64,000 nucleotides of DNA, from NCBI GenBank assembly GCA_965240325.2, contig OZ251241.1:930001-994000 (forward strand), in the 5' to 3' direction. Shown here one piece after another: positions 23,266-35,870 of the stretch (positions are counted from its first letter, which is position 1; each line of letters begins with the position of its first letter). Below the pieces are notes generated by a model, which saw only the letters and a list, made by a program, of their open reading frames with translations, did no database searches and was not told the origin of the DNA. This DNA is from Rebecca billardiae RCC1528 (lineage: Eukaryota; Protista; Haptophyta). A program made the translations under genes and the position numbers.

Positions 23266-24471
23266 TTATTGCGCGCAGTTGAGAAGTGAGAGCTCCTCTG
23301 AGCACCTGCAGGGGCGTCCGGCGCCCAACTGAGGCCAGCCGCGCAGCGTTCGCAGCGCCACACACGTGCCTAGCGGGTCTCGCCCGCGCATGCACTCCCG
23401 TGCCGCCGTGGCCACGAGGTACTTGAAGCCCGGGCCGTCGATGTCGCGCGTGATCTGTACCGAGTCCAGGCCAAGCTCAAGCGCAATGAAAGGAAAAGCC
23501 TCCTTCAGGCCGTGGACAGCTGATGGGATGCGCGCCAACACGCGAGGTGGCAGGGCGCTTTGGTTGAGAGTGTACTTGCGACCACCGCTGGTGGGCAGCG
23601 GATCGCTCGGTCCAGGTGCCGCGCTGCCTAGCTGTGCGTGCAGCCACCTGTGCAGCAGGCCGTCAGAGCCGGGCGAACCGAGCAGCGCCGTCCGCGTGGG
23701 GGCGGCGTGCGTTCTCTCGCCGGTGTTCAGCCAGATGCCGCTGCCAGGCGCGAGGAAGAACCAACAGCCGTAGTAGTCGACGCCCTCCAGCGAGCAAGGA
23801 GGCAGATTACGCTGGTGCGTGCGAAACACCTCGACCCACGTGTCTGCGCGAGCGGGCGGCCGACTCGCATCTCCGGGCATGGAGAAGACCACAGCAGAGG
23901 AGCTGAGCATGCGCGAGCACTCTGGCTGCTGCGGTTTGCCAGCGCACGCGGGGCTCGAGACAGGCACGAGACGGCCGTGAGTGAAAGTCGCGAAGCCTTT
24001 CACACGACGTGCTGCGTCGGCCGTGCGCTCCAGCTGTTGCTCATTGTTGAGCCACCGAGCGCAGCGCGCTGCGTCGCACTCCTCGACGTTCTCGGCGGTC
24101 GTGCACACCTGCCTCGAGTCTCGTCTGCGCGTGCAGCTGCACGTGGCCATTGGCCAATCGACGCCGACGTGTATGCGCTGCCAGTGCTCGTCATTCTGGT
24201 AGAGCAGGCGCAGGCCGTGCAGGTCGAAAGGTAGGGACAGCTCGGCTGTGCCGTACACGGCCACCAAGTACGAAAACCACGGTGACGCTCTTGTCGTGAC
24301 GAACCGCGGCATGCGCTGCAAGAATGCTGAAGCCTCCCCGCGTGTGCACATGGAGAAGCAAGCGCACGATGATTCAGCCGGTGCACAAGCAGTGCGCATC
24401 ACGAGCATCAGGGCGACTAGTAGCGCAGCTGCTCTCCACCATCTCGGCTGGAAGCAGGACGCTGCCGCCAT
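23266..24471 (-). CDS. Uncharacterised secreted or membrane-anchored Cys-rich protein
   Basis: Intronless 401-aa ORF with a signal-like N-terminus. It contains globular, conserved-looking blocks WFSYLVAVYG, WVEVFRTH, GCWFFLAPGSGIWLNTG, LGLDSVQI and C-x-C. Confidence 0.7.
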   Translation of the reverse strand: MAAASCFQPRWWRAAALLVALMLVMRTACAPAESSCACFSMCTRGEASAFLQRMPRFVTTRASPWFSYLVAVYGTAELSLPFDLHGLRLLYQNDEHWQRIHVGVDWPMATCSCTRRRDSRQVCTTAENVEECDAARCARWLNNEQQLERTADAARRVKGFATFTHGRLVPVSSPACAGKPQQPECSRMLSSSAVVFSMPGDASRPPARADTWVEVFRTHQRNLPPCSLEGVDYYGCWFFLAPGSGIWLNTGERTHAAPTRTALLGSPGSDGLLHRWLHAQLGSAAPGPSDPLPTSGGRKYTLNQSALPPRVLARIPSAVHGLKEAFPFIALELGLDSVQITRDIDGPGFKYLVATAARECMRGRDPLGTCVALRTLRGWPQLGAGRPCRCSEELSLLNCAQ

Positions 24472-24823
24472 GCTGCCAGAATTGAGTCAACGTCCCTTGA
24501 GTCCGCTTGGCGGAAGCGTGTCACGTATGGCGTACAAGTATTAGCTACAGTACTAGATGATGATGACTATTGTAGCTACCATTGTACGAATACAATGCTG
24601 ACGACGACGACGCGATTATTCATTCTGCGGGCTGATATATGGCGGGAACCATCAGCACAGCGACGACGACGCGACTAGTCAACGGGCCGGTGCGCCTGCC
24701 GCGCTGCCGGCGGCGCGCTATACTACTATAACGCGGCCTGTCGCCTACAGTAGCCGAGTAGTCTGTAGTAGCGCGCAGCTTTATGGGGGCGGGTACTATA
24801 TACTGCTACGACTATAGTCTATA

Positions 24824-25063
24824 TGTGGTGTTATTGATACAATACTCGATTGTATAAGAGGACGGGGAGAGCGCAATGCGCCGTATCAACACCGTCTGCC
24901 TGCCATTCGGCCCGAGCCAGGCGGCCGAGCTCACGTACGGCCGCTATTTTGGTCACCATCTTCTCGTGCCACGAGTGACTTTCAAGCCTGCTCTGTGCGC
25001 ACACATGACGGCCCAGAACTGCTTACTCGCTGTGCTGCTCCTGAGCCTTAGGCGAGGTTGACA
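24824..25063 (+). mobile_element. TGT-terminated element fragment (third member), possibly an LTR
   Basis: TGTGGTGTTATTGATACAATACTCGATTGT follows TATA. A possible end GTTGACA is followed by TGGCGGCACC, which is PBS-like. Confidence 0.4.
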
Positions 25064-25414
25064 TGGCGGCACCGGACAGCCAATTGGTGAACTGGATTCT
25101 TCATCAGGCGCCGAGCCGACAGACTCTCGGCTCTGTGTCATCGCTCTCTCGCTCACACAGCCGGGACGACGCCCTTCTGCCTCGGATTCGGAAGCGCCCA
25201 CTGTCCTGATTAGTGATTGATAGTGATATGGCTGCAGCTGTTCTCGGCCGCCCGGATATTTGGCGGATATTCAGGGCGCCCCCTGCACGATAGTACGTAT
25301 TTGCCTCGTGCCTCGCTCTCGTGCCGGGCTTGGCGGCTCTCGAGCTGCCCCGGGTCTTCCTGGACTTGGGCGCAGGCGCTTCGAGGACGGCTATAGATAT
25401 GATATACGTACTCT

Positions 25415-25418
<4 letters not shown>

Positions 25419-25493
<75 letters not shown>
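25419..25493. repeat. (CT)n microsatellite
   Basis: Seen directly. Confidence 0.95.
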
Positions 25494-25497
<4 letters not shown>

Positions 25498-25809
25498 CTC
25501 ATCTCTACTGCTGAGTCTCCGTCTCGATCTCTCTGCTCTCAGATCTCAGAGTCTGATCTCTCTCGATCTGCTCCGTCTCTCGGACTCTCGTCTGCTCTCT
25601 CTATATAGCTACTGCTGCTACTACTATATATATATACACATGCTAGCTAGCATAACGATGATACAATAATATATGTCGTAGTGATTATGATGAGTGACGA
25701 CCAGCTGACGCCGATGCGCTTTTTTGTCGTCGTAGTCGTAAGTCCGATGATGCGCTACCATGAGTACTGTACGACGACTTCCGCTTCGCAGCGGCATGCT
25801 GGTATTGTA

Positions 25810-28723
25810 CTACGTAACCGGGGTCGGAGGCGTGGCCTCAGCGCTCGGTGGCGGCTGCTCGCTCGATGAGCCATCGCCACCCAGAAGCGCGCCCAGATCG
25901 CGTCGGAGCTCCGCCAGTTTGCTCTCGTAGGCCGACGCGGGCAGCGCGTCTGCCCTGGCGCCCGTCTTATCAAGCCAGCGGTCAGCGGCGGCAAGCAGCG
26001 CGAGCGCACGCTCGGTGTGCGCGCGGGAGGGCGCCGCCGCGGCGTGCGCTCCAGCCTGTGGCTCACCCTGCGCGCCCTCCTCGGCGGCCTCGAGCTCGGC
26101 GCGCGTGGCGATCACGAAGCCATCCAGCGAGTTCCTCGCCTCGAGCGCCCGGTCCACCTCCCTGTCCTCCTCAGCCATGCGAGCCTCGACGGCGCGCGCG
26201 CGCTCGGCCGCGGACGCACCCAGGTCAGCCGTGCGCGCGCCCAGGCGGAGCTCGAGCGACACGAGCCGGCGCTGCGGCGGCGGCTGCTGCTCGGGCGTCG
26301 GCTCGGGCGGCGACGGCGCCGGCGGCGCCTCCGACTGCTCCGCTCCCTCCGCTTCCGCAGGCACGGCCGAGGTGGCTGACGCCCCGGACTCTGCCCCGGA
26401 CTCTGCAGCACCGCTCTCGGCGGCGGTTCCAGGTGCAGCGGCGCCGGGCGCGGGCGGCGGCGGCACGGCGTGCTCCGGCGCCGCCCGCGGCGCGTGCCAC
26501 GCCAGCTCGGCGCCGAGCACCTGAAGAAGACCGCTCGTGTCCACCGCGACGCGCACGCGCACGCTCGCGCTCTCCGCCGCCGGCGGCGCGGCAGGCGCAC
26601 CGGCGTGCGCGGGCGGTGCGTGCGGAGCGCCTGCGGCCGCGGCCTGCGAGCGGCCGTCAGCCCGTGAGCGGCCATGCACAGAGCGGCCATGCACAGAGCG
26701 GCCGTCAGCCCGTGAGCGGCCATGCACAGAGCGGCCATGCACAGAGCGGCGAGCGGAGGGAGCGCGCAGCGGGCGCGTGAGCCGGCGAGTGCGGGCGCGT
26801 GCGCGGCACTAGGGAGGCGGCCGCGGGGAGTGCGCGCGGACGCACCGGGGACTCGCCCGCCACCGCCGAGCTCCCCTTTGCATCCGGGGCCGCGGCCGCG
26901 GCGGCCGCGGGCTGTGGCGACGGCGGCGTCAGCACAGCCTGCGAGGCCGCATCCGCTGCCCGATCCGACGCCGCCGGTGTCGGGTACACGAGCTCGAACT
27001 CAACCACCTCGTCGTCCGCCGCCGCCTGATCCGCGTCGGCGGCCGCCCGCGCAGGGGACGTCCGCTGCTCCGCCGCAGCGCGCACGCCCGCGCTCGGTGC
27101 CGAGTCTGATGCCTCCGCAGCGCTTGGCGCCGTTTCGGCCGGGAGCCAACGCAGGGCGCAGCGCAGGGCGGGCTGCCCGGCGGCGCCGCTACCGCCGCCC
27201 GCGGCCGCGCCGAGGAGGGCCTCGGCCGCGCCTGGCAGCTCCACCGTCGCGGCGGCGTACGCGCCCTCCGCCTCTGCAGGCAGCTCGAGAGAGCCGATGA
27301 CTCCGCGCATGCCCGCGCCGCGCGCGCCCGCGCCGCGCGCGCCCGCAGCGCGCGAGCAGCTGCTGCCAGGCGCGTCCGCCGCGCCGCCGCCCGCGGCTGC
27401 CGCTCCCTGCCACTCGAGGCAGAACCGCCGCCCGAGCAGCGTCGCGTCGACGAGGCGGATGGGCCGCGTGCGGAACGCAGAGCTCGCCGCCGCGCCAGCG
27501 AGCGCCGTGCCGCGCGAGACTGCCTCCGCGTCGTTGAGCGAATGACGCAGTGCGCCCGGCTGGCGCCCGAAGGCGCTCGCGACGGTGGCCGCCATGGCGG
27601 GCATGCGCGAGACGCAGCCGACGAGCTCGACGTCGTGCACGTCCGTGGGGCCGAGCCGCGCGCTCGCGAGCGCGCGCTCGCACGCCGCGGACACCCGCGC
27701 CAGCGCCGGCGCGGCGAGCTGCTCGAGCTGCGCGCGCGTGATTAGCGCGCTGCCGTCGACATCGGCCGAAATTGCATCGACCGTCACCGTGGTCTGCTCG
27801 TTGGCGGAGAGCGTGTGCTTCGCGCGCGCGCACGCGCGTCGGAGGCGCTCTGCGACGCGCGGCTGCGCGCACGGGTCGACCCCGTGCTCCGCGCGGAACG
27901 CATCCGCCACATGCGCGCCCAGAGCCTCGGTGATCGCTCGGCCGCCCGCGCCTTCAGCCGCGGCGCGCGAGAGAAGACTCACCTCCGTGGCCCCGTCGGC
28001 GCCGGCGCCGATGCGCACGATGGCGACGCGCACGCCGGCGTGCCCGGCGTCGACCAGCGCGACGCAGTGCGCGCCCGCGCCCGACGACGGTGCGCACGCC
28101 GCCCCGTCGCCCCGCGAGAGCGCCAGCGCAAGCGCCACGGCCAAGTCCTCATCGATCAGCCTGAGCGGCCGAAGGCCGGCCGCGTCCGCCGCGGCGGCGA
28201 GCGTGGCGCGCGCGCGCGCGGGCAGGCGCGGCGGCACGGCCAGGCAGGCCTCGGCGAGCGGGCTGCCGTGGTCCGCGCGCGCGAGCTGCAGCAGGTGCGC
28301 CAGGTACGCCGTGAGCACCGTCAGCGCATCCAGCTCGAGGGCCTTGCCACGATGCTGCACGCGCACCACGTGTCCGGGCGTGGCCGCGGCGGCGGAGGTG
28401 CGCGAGGTGTCGGAGGAGGCCTCTCGTAGCAGCGACTTGATGTCACGCACCGTGTTCGCCGCGTTCGTCGCCACCTGCGAGAGCGCCGTCTCGCCGAAGA
28501 GGCGGCGTTGGCCGCCGTACGCGACGGCCGTGGGCGTGAGCCGGCGCGACACAGCATTGGCGACGATGTCGACGCCGCCGCGGCGAGCGATCGCGACGAT
28601 GGACGTGTCGGAGCCGACATCGATGCCGATCACGCCTTTCTCGCCGCGCGCGCCCCACGGCGCCGCGAGCAGGGCGACGAGGACGGCGCCTCGCGCACGC
28701 AGCCACGTGGCAGCCGGTCTCAT
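25810..28723 (-). CDS. Divergent Hsp70-superfamily (Hsp110/Sse1-like) protein with signal peptide
   Basis: Motifs GIDVGS, IARRGGVDIVAN..SRRLTP, AKHTLSAN, VELVGCVSRMP and SLNDAEAVSRG. An in-frame intron at 26845-26644 leads to the C-terminal helical segment MAEEDREVDRALEARNSLDGFV. Confidence 0.8.
26647..26750. repeat. Minisatellite (GAGCGGCCATGCACA / GAGCGGCCGTCAGCCCGT units) inside the Hsp110 intron
   Basis: A 48-bp higher-order unit occurs twice. Confidence 0.85.
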
Positions 28724-28962
28724 CGTGCGGCGGTGCGGTCGTGAACACGTCCTGCGTCTTCGTGAAGTCCGGATCCAGCGGCCGGTTTGCCCACCGCTGC
28801 GGACGAGGCGTTTTTCCGCGGACGAGACGGCCAGCAGGGCGGACGCTTCGCCCTGCCAGCAGTCGGTGCATCCCGCTCACTGGCTCGGCCAGACCGCGCG
28901 TGGGCAGCACCTCAGCCCTCACCTCATCGTCAGCTGGGCTCAACCCCGCGGGCGTGGCGTCT

Positions 28963-29897
28963 ATGGCCGGCTCTTCGACGGCGCAGTTTGCGCACAAGCG
29001 GTATCGGCCGCCCGCGCGCAGCAAATCTGTGGGCAAGTCCGTGGGGGGCGTAGAGCCGCCGCATGCGGAGCCCGCTCAGCCTCCGACACCTGCGCTGCGA
29101 GCCCCATCGCTCCCTCCACCCACGCCCGTGGCCAAGCCCGCCGCCGCCGAGGAGATTTTACCACCCATCCCGCGCCGAGCGTCGGCGCCGCCACTCGTGT
29201 CCCGACGCTCCGGTCGGCGGCCAGTGGCTCCTATCGCCAGCCTCAAGGCGCCAGCACCGTTCGTGCCGCCCTCAGCGGGCAAATCCACGCGCCCGACGCT
29301 CTCTGAGCAGCTCGCCGCGTGCCGCACGCAGTCAGAAAATCTGCTCGGTGAGCTGCGCACCACGTTCAACGTGAGCGAACAGCCTGGCGCGATGGGCGGC
29401 GCAGCCGCGGCGCTGTGCACGCTCAGCCCGCGCTCCGTGCGCGTGGGCACGCGCACATGGTGCGCGCCGCGCCCACGCGCGAGCATCCACCGCGCTCCGG
29501 CACCGTGCGCCGGCTCAGCCCCGCCCGGCCACCCCTGCGCACCGCCGCCGCCTGTCCGCGCGCGCGCCTCGACCGTAGTGAATGGCCAGGAATGCTCAAG
29601 TTTCACGACGACCACTGCACGTACTACTTCCAGCACCCGGTGCACCGCAAGGTGACGATGGTCATGTACTACCGCGACATGTCGGGGCTCGACCTGCGCG
29701 CGGCCGGCGGCCCCGGCGGCGCGCAGCTGCGATTCCGAATCGAGCGCACGCTCGAGTATTTCGTCACTGAGTACGACCACCTCAACCCTGCGCACCACCT
29801 GTCTGTGACGCTGGCGTCGGCCGCGGATGCGCGGATGCTGCGCAGCTCGGATGCCTGGGCTCGGATGAAGCTGCAGTGCAGGTCATCCGCCCGGTGA
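28963..29897 (+). CDS. Uncharacterised protein: Pro-rich N-terminus plus a small beta-rich C-terminal domain
   Basis: A GT-AG intron at 29460-29578 joins RSVRVGTRTC to EWPGMLKFHDDHCTYYFQHP...RFRIERTLEYF. Stop at 29897. Confidence 0.65.
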
Positions 29898-31226
29898 CTC
29901 AACCAGTGCGCGCGCTTCCGCCGATGTCTTCCGCACTAATAAAGGGCAAGCGGCGGCTCGCGTTGACTTGTTAAATCATTACTGCTGCTAAGCTACTACT
30001 ACTAGGCCGTACTCTTAGTACTCCAGTACTTACTACTAAGGCGGGGTATAGTATAACTCGCTTCCACACCCGATGATCCGGCCGCACGTTTTAATTAATT
30101 AAAATAGATAGCAGTAGCTATATAACTATCTACTATGAATCAAACTAGCTATAGTGAAAGTATGACTATGCGCGATGATGCCGATCATTCAATATTTCAT
30201 TTCATTGATCGGGACAGCCAATGCATGAATGCAAGCCATGCTGATCAGATTATAATTATCTTATATATTATAATCGATTGATGATGACCAGCCACCAGCC
30301 GGCCCGTCGGCAGGCAGCACTCAGTGACTCACTCAGTCCGCCTGACTCTGACTCAGTCAGTCTAACTTAAACTCAGGTAACACGCCCACGGACGCGGGCG
30401 GACGGGCCGCTGCCCGCTCCGAGTCAGTAAGATGTCTCTGAGTCTGACAGATGAGCAGTCATAAGTGATAAGACCGCTTAAGAGTGATTTAGTCATTATT
30501 TAAGTGATCCGGTTCATATCAGACATATATCCGAGTTATCGTAATCGACGACCGCCCCGCGCCCGGCGGCGCCCGCGGCCGCGGGCAGGCTCCGCCGGGC
30601 TGACCCGGAATGATACGAAAGCCTGCTGCTACTTAGGCATGACGGGCCTCACGCCATCCGCAACCACTCCCGAGGCCTCCGCCCTCCCGTCAGCTCGCCG
30701 GCAGCAGCCAGCAGCCAGCAGGCGCCCGTCCCGCGTCCGCCGTCCGCCGGGCGCGGCGCGGTCCGCGGTACTGCACCGTACTGTACTGAGTACTCGGCCC
30801 GTCGTAGTGGCATCCGCATACCGCATAGTGCATCATCGACTCGCGATGAAGTAGTGCACATGCCCCCGAGTGATCACGGACTCAGGCGGAAGTGTCCGTG
30901 CCGCGACCGGCCAGCGATGGAGCTGTCCTCCACGCTGCGCCGGTCGCGCGTGCCTGGGGCCCGGTGCGACCGACGCTGCCGCGCCGGTCTGCCAGTCAGC
31001 CCTCGCCGCCCCGTTAGCCCGCCAATGGTCTGCAGCAGCTCCGCGCACTCGCACCGGTGGCACGATCCAGCCCGCCCACGAGCGCGCCGGCCTGTGCCGC
31101 CTCATGGCCTCAGGCGGCTGCGGCTCCGCCGGTCCGCCGGCTGCGCCAGTCAGCGGCGCACCCTTGTCGGCGCGCGCACGTGCAACGCGCTGCGCCACGC
31201 CTCAGCCGGGGCCAGCCTCTGCGTTC

Positions 31227-32121
31227 CTAGGACAGCATCTTGTCGAGCGAGGCCTTAGGGATTTTGAGCTCCGCGGCCTTCATTTCCAACATGTTGTTGT
31301 ACTTGAGCTCATCGCGATCCGCCGCCTGCGCGCGCGCCGCCACCGCGCGTGCAATGCCGCGTGTGAGCGCCCAGCGCGCGCCGTGGCTAACGGGGCGTGC
31401 GCGCCGACACGCGCGCTGCGGTGGAACGCATCGGCGGCGCACGCGCGCGCACCTGGTAGTCGACGGCGACGCCCGTCAGCCCCTTGCGGAACGCATCCTT
31501 CGACGACGCGTGCACCATCTTCACCTTGATCTTGGCGTTGTCATCCGCCCAGTTCAAGAAGACGATCTTCGAGCTCTCGCGCTCATGCACGCCGTCGTCG
31601 ATCGCAATGTCGAGGTCGAACACGCCGTAGCGGCACGTGCCGTCGGGCATGTTCTCCGGCGCGGTGAACTCGGCCCATGCGTCGCGCCCCTTCTTCGACA
31701 TGTCCGCGTGCGCAATCGTCTTGATGCAGTTGTCCTCAATCCCGAAAATCACCCACCTCAGCTTGTGCTGCGCTTGCAGCTCATGGTACGTCGTGAAGCA
31801 CGCAGGGTCGATGGGCACGCCGGACGACTGCGGAGGCGCGCGCGACGCGGCGGAGGAGTCGCGCCGTGCCCGCACGCGCGGGCCGCACGCTTGTGAGCAA
31901 GTCTGCCCGCGCGTGCACGCGCGTGCGTTTAGGCTGCGCAGCTGAGCAGCCGCTCTGACGTTCGAGCGCACGCGTGCACGCGGGCGGCGGCGGACCGCCG
32001 CGCGTGGGCCGGCGTGGGGAAGGCGTGCGAACTTCTCGCATGCCAGCAGCGCTCAAGCCTCCCGCGCGCGCCCACGGCCGCGCGCCGGCGGGGGCGCGTC
32101 CGCCAGCGGCAGCCGCACCAT
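31227..32121 (-). CDS. ADF: Actin-depolymerising factor / cofilin
   Basis: ATG-only first exon (32121-32119), intron to 31828, then SSGV...LRWVIFGI...CRYGVFD...KIVFLNWADDNAKIKVKMVHASSKDAFRKGL. A second intron at 31452-31326 leads to AADRDEL. Confidence 0.92.
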
Positions 32122-32569
32122 GGATGCCCCGCGTGTGGTCAGGCGCGGCCTTCAACCCCACCCAGTGTGGCCGATCGTGCGCACGCTGTCTGGACTCGGC
32201 GCAAAGACAAAGCTCGGCCACTGTCAGTTGGGGTCCTGCTGCGCACGCGCGCGTGGCGAGCGACGCCCGGTGAGTTGGTGACCCACACAGGGGGCAACGG
32301 CTCGACACGCGACCGCTCCGCCATTCACAGCCTTTGTGGGCCTGTCGCCACGCGAAATGCTCGGTGGTCCTCGACATGTCCGTGTGAAGGCCCAATTTTC
32401 GCGGCGAAAGCGCCGGTTGTCGTACTCGTTCGCGCGCGAAAACGCGAGCTCCATATTGACGGAGCAGTGCGCGTGGACGCGGCAATTTCCTAGTCGGAAG
32501 ACACTCAAGGGGGCGCGCGTTGCATCTCGCTGAGCTCGCGGCCGCGTCCCCGCTTGAACGGCGCTGTGA

Positions 32570-34169
<1,600 letters not shown>

Positions 34170-34782
34170 GCAGCACGTGGCGGGGCGCGCGCGCTGCGCG
34201 CGCGTCGCGCCCGGCTTCGGTGGGGACGGACACCGTCAAGCTCACGAGCTTCGGATCGGGCCTTCTTCTCCGCGGTGGTCTCAAGCACGGTGGCCAGCCT
34301 GCACTCCGCCCTGACGCCTCCGTCCCCGCACGCGCGGACTTGGCCTTCAACGTGCTCACTGACGGGCACTGTGACTCGCCGGGTCCGAGCACTCCGGGGC
34401 ACGGCTTGCGCGCGGGCGTGAGTTCATTCGGGCAAGATCATGTTACCATCATGGCCGCCGCGTCGACCGACAATGGGAGTCAGTCGAGGGAAAACACTGT
34501 CGCAGTAGTTGTCAAGGAAGTGATCTGCGCATCAAATCTTCAATTGCTGAGCCGTTGCCGGGGCGGACGGCGGTTGGGTAGTCCGCGGGCCACTTCGTAT
34601 TAATAATTTACACGTAGAACTAGAAGGCTAGACTGAGACTCTACGGAGTACGGACCGACCGCTACGGAAATAACTAGCAGAATAATTATAAGAATCTGAA
34701 CATATTCAATATAATTTATAACGAAATTATTTCACTAGAAAGTATACGTATAGCCTAGCCTAAACTTATAATACTACAGTTT

Positions 34783-34914
34783 ATTTGTTTTAACGTGCGT
34801 AAGGCTCACGCGGTGCGGCAGGTCGCCGCGCCATCCTTCATCGCACGCTCTCCGAAGAGAGACCTGGAAACTGGTTTTGAACCCATGACCTCAGAGTACT
34901 CCGACGCCACTCGG
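34783..34914 (-). mobile_element. tRNA-derived SINE, copy 1 (5' end degraded)
   Basis: The reverse complement matches 49182-49333: TCTGAGGTCATGGGTTCAAA, CTCTC-TTCG-GAGAG hairpin and CCGTGAGCCTTACGCACGTTAAAACAAAT-like tail. Confidence 0.7.
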
Positions 34915-35870
34915 AGTAGCTCATACTGACAGTGCCACTGTGAGTGACTGTGTCCGTGCTGTCCGAGTCCGAGGGCGAGTGTCGTCTGTCGACTATGACG
35001 ACTGGCCCGCGGACTGACACTGAGTAGCTTAGTTAGTGAGTGCTCGGTCTGGAGACAGTGGACTGTGGAGTGTCTGGCTGTCTCTGTCTCAGTCTGCTGT
35101 TCAAATTCAAAAGTGAAACATATAGGGTCGTCATATATTACTATTAGGGCCGGGTCAGGACCCGACGCTGTCAAGTGTCATATTTCAAAGGGGGACTCAT
35201 AAGACATAACCGATAAGGGGCCGAGGCCGCCGAGCGAGCAGGCCCGCCCCGGCCGCCGTGGCCCTGGCGTGGCCGTGATGCTCTGTGACTGTCTGCTCAT
35301 CAATATTTCAATTAAAGCCGCCGCAGGCTCCGCAGTCGCCAGGTGACTCGCACACGCCAAGACCGTAGTAAATAGTACAGTAAGACTAATTATTATTAAT
35401 AATGCGCAGTGAGCCAATCTGTACAGTCTGTAGTACCAGTCTGACTCACAGTCTGAGTCAGTCCGCGTCCGAGTCATGACGAGACTCAGACTCCGAGTCA
35501 TCAGACTCATCATGATTCATGTCATGAGATGAATTCATGAGTCACTCTCTGCGCGGCACGTTCGCCACCGGCGTCGGTCTTGGGACGAGCCTCACCGGGC
35601 ACTCCCTCCGCCCCCGCCCGCGCGTGTCACGTACATGCGACGGTGTGAGGCCAGAATGGCAGGGCAATGCCGGCCGCGGCGGGCGCGGGCCCAGCGACCA
35701 GACCTGTGGCCGCCGCCGCTGCCGCCGCAGCCCGCCGCTCCCTGCGGCTTCGGCGGCCACCACGCTGCAGCGGCAGCCACCTGCCTACCGCTACCCGCGT
35801 CCCGCCCGTGGACGTCGCATCGGCATCTCTCTCTCGGACTCGTTGCCGCACCGAGTGCCAGTTCTTCATC

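Noticed and set aside
25064-25080. Firm primer-binding-site call after the putative LTR
   Set aside because: TGGCGGCACC is PBS-like, but I cannot match it to a tRNA 3' end without a search and no gag/pol follows. It is kept only as a low-confidence note.
29447-29578. Apparent non-canonical intron in the 28963-29897 gene
   Set aside because: A canonical GT (29460) to AG (29578) pair restores the frame.
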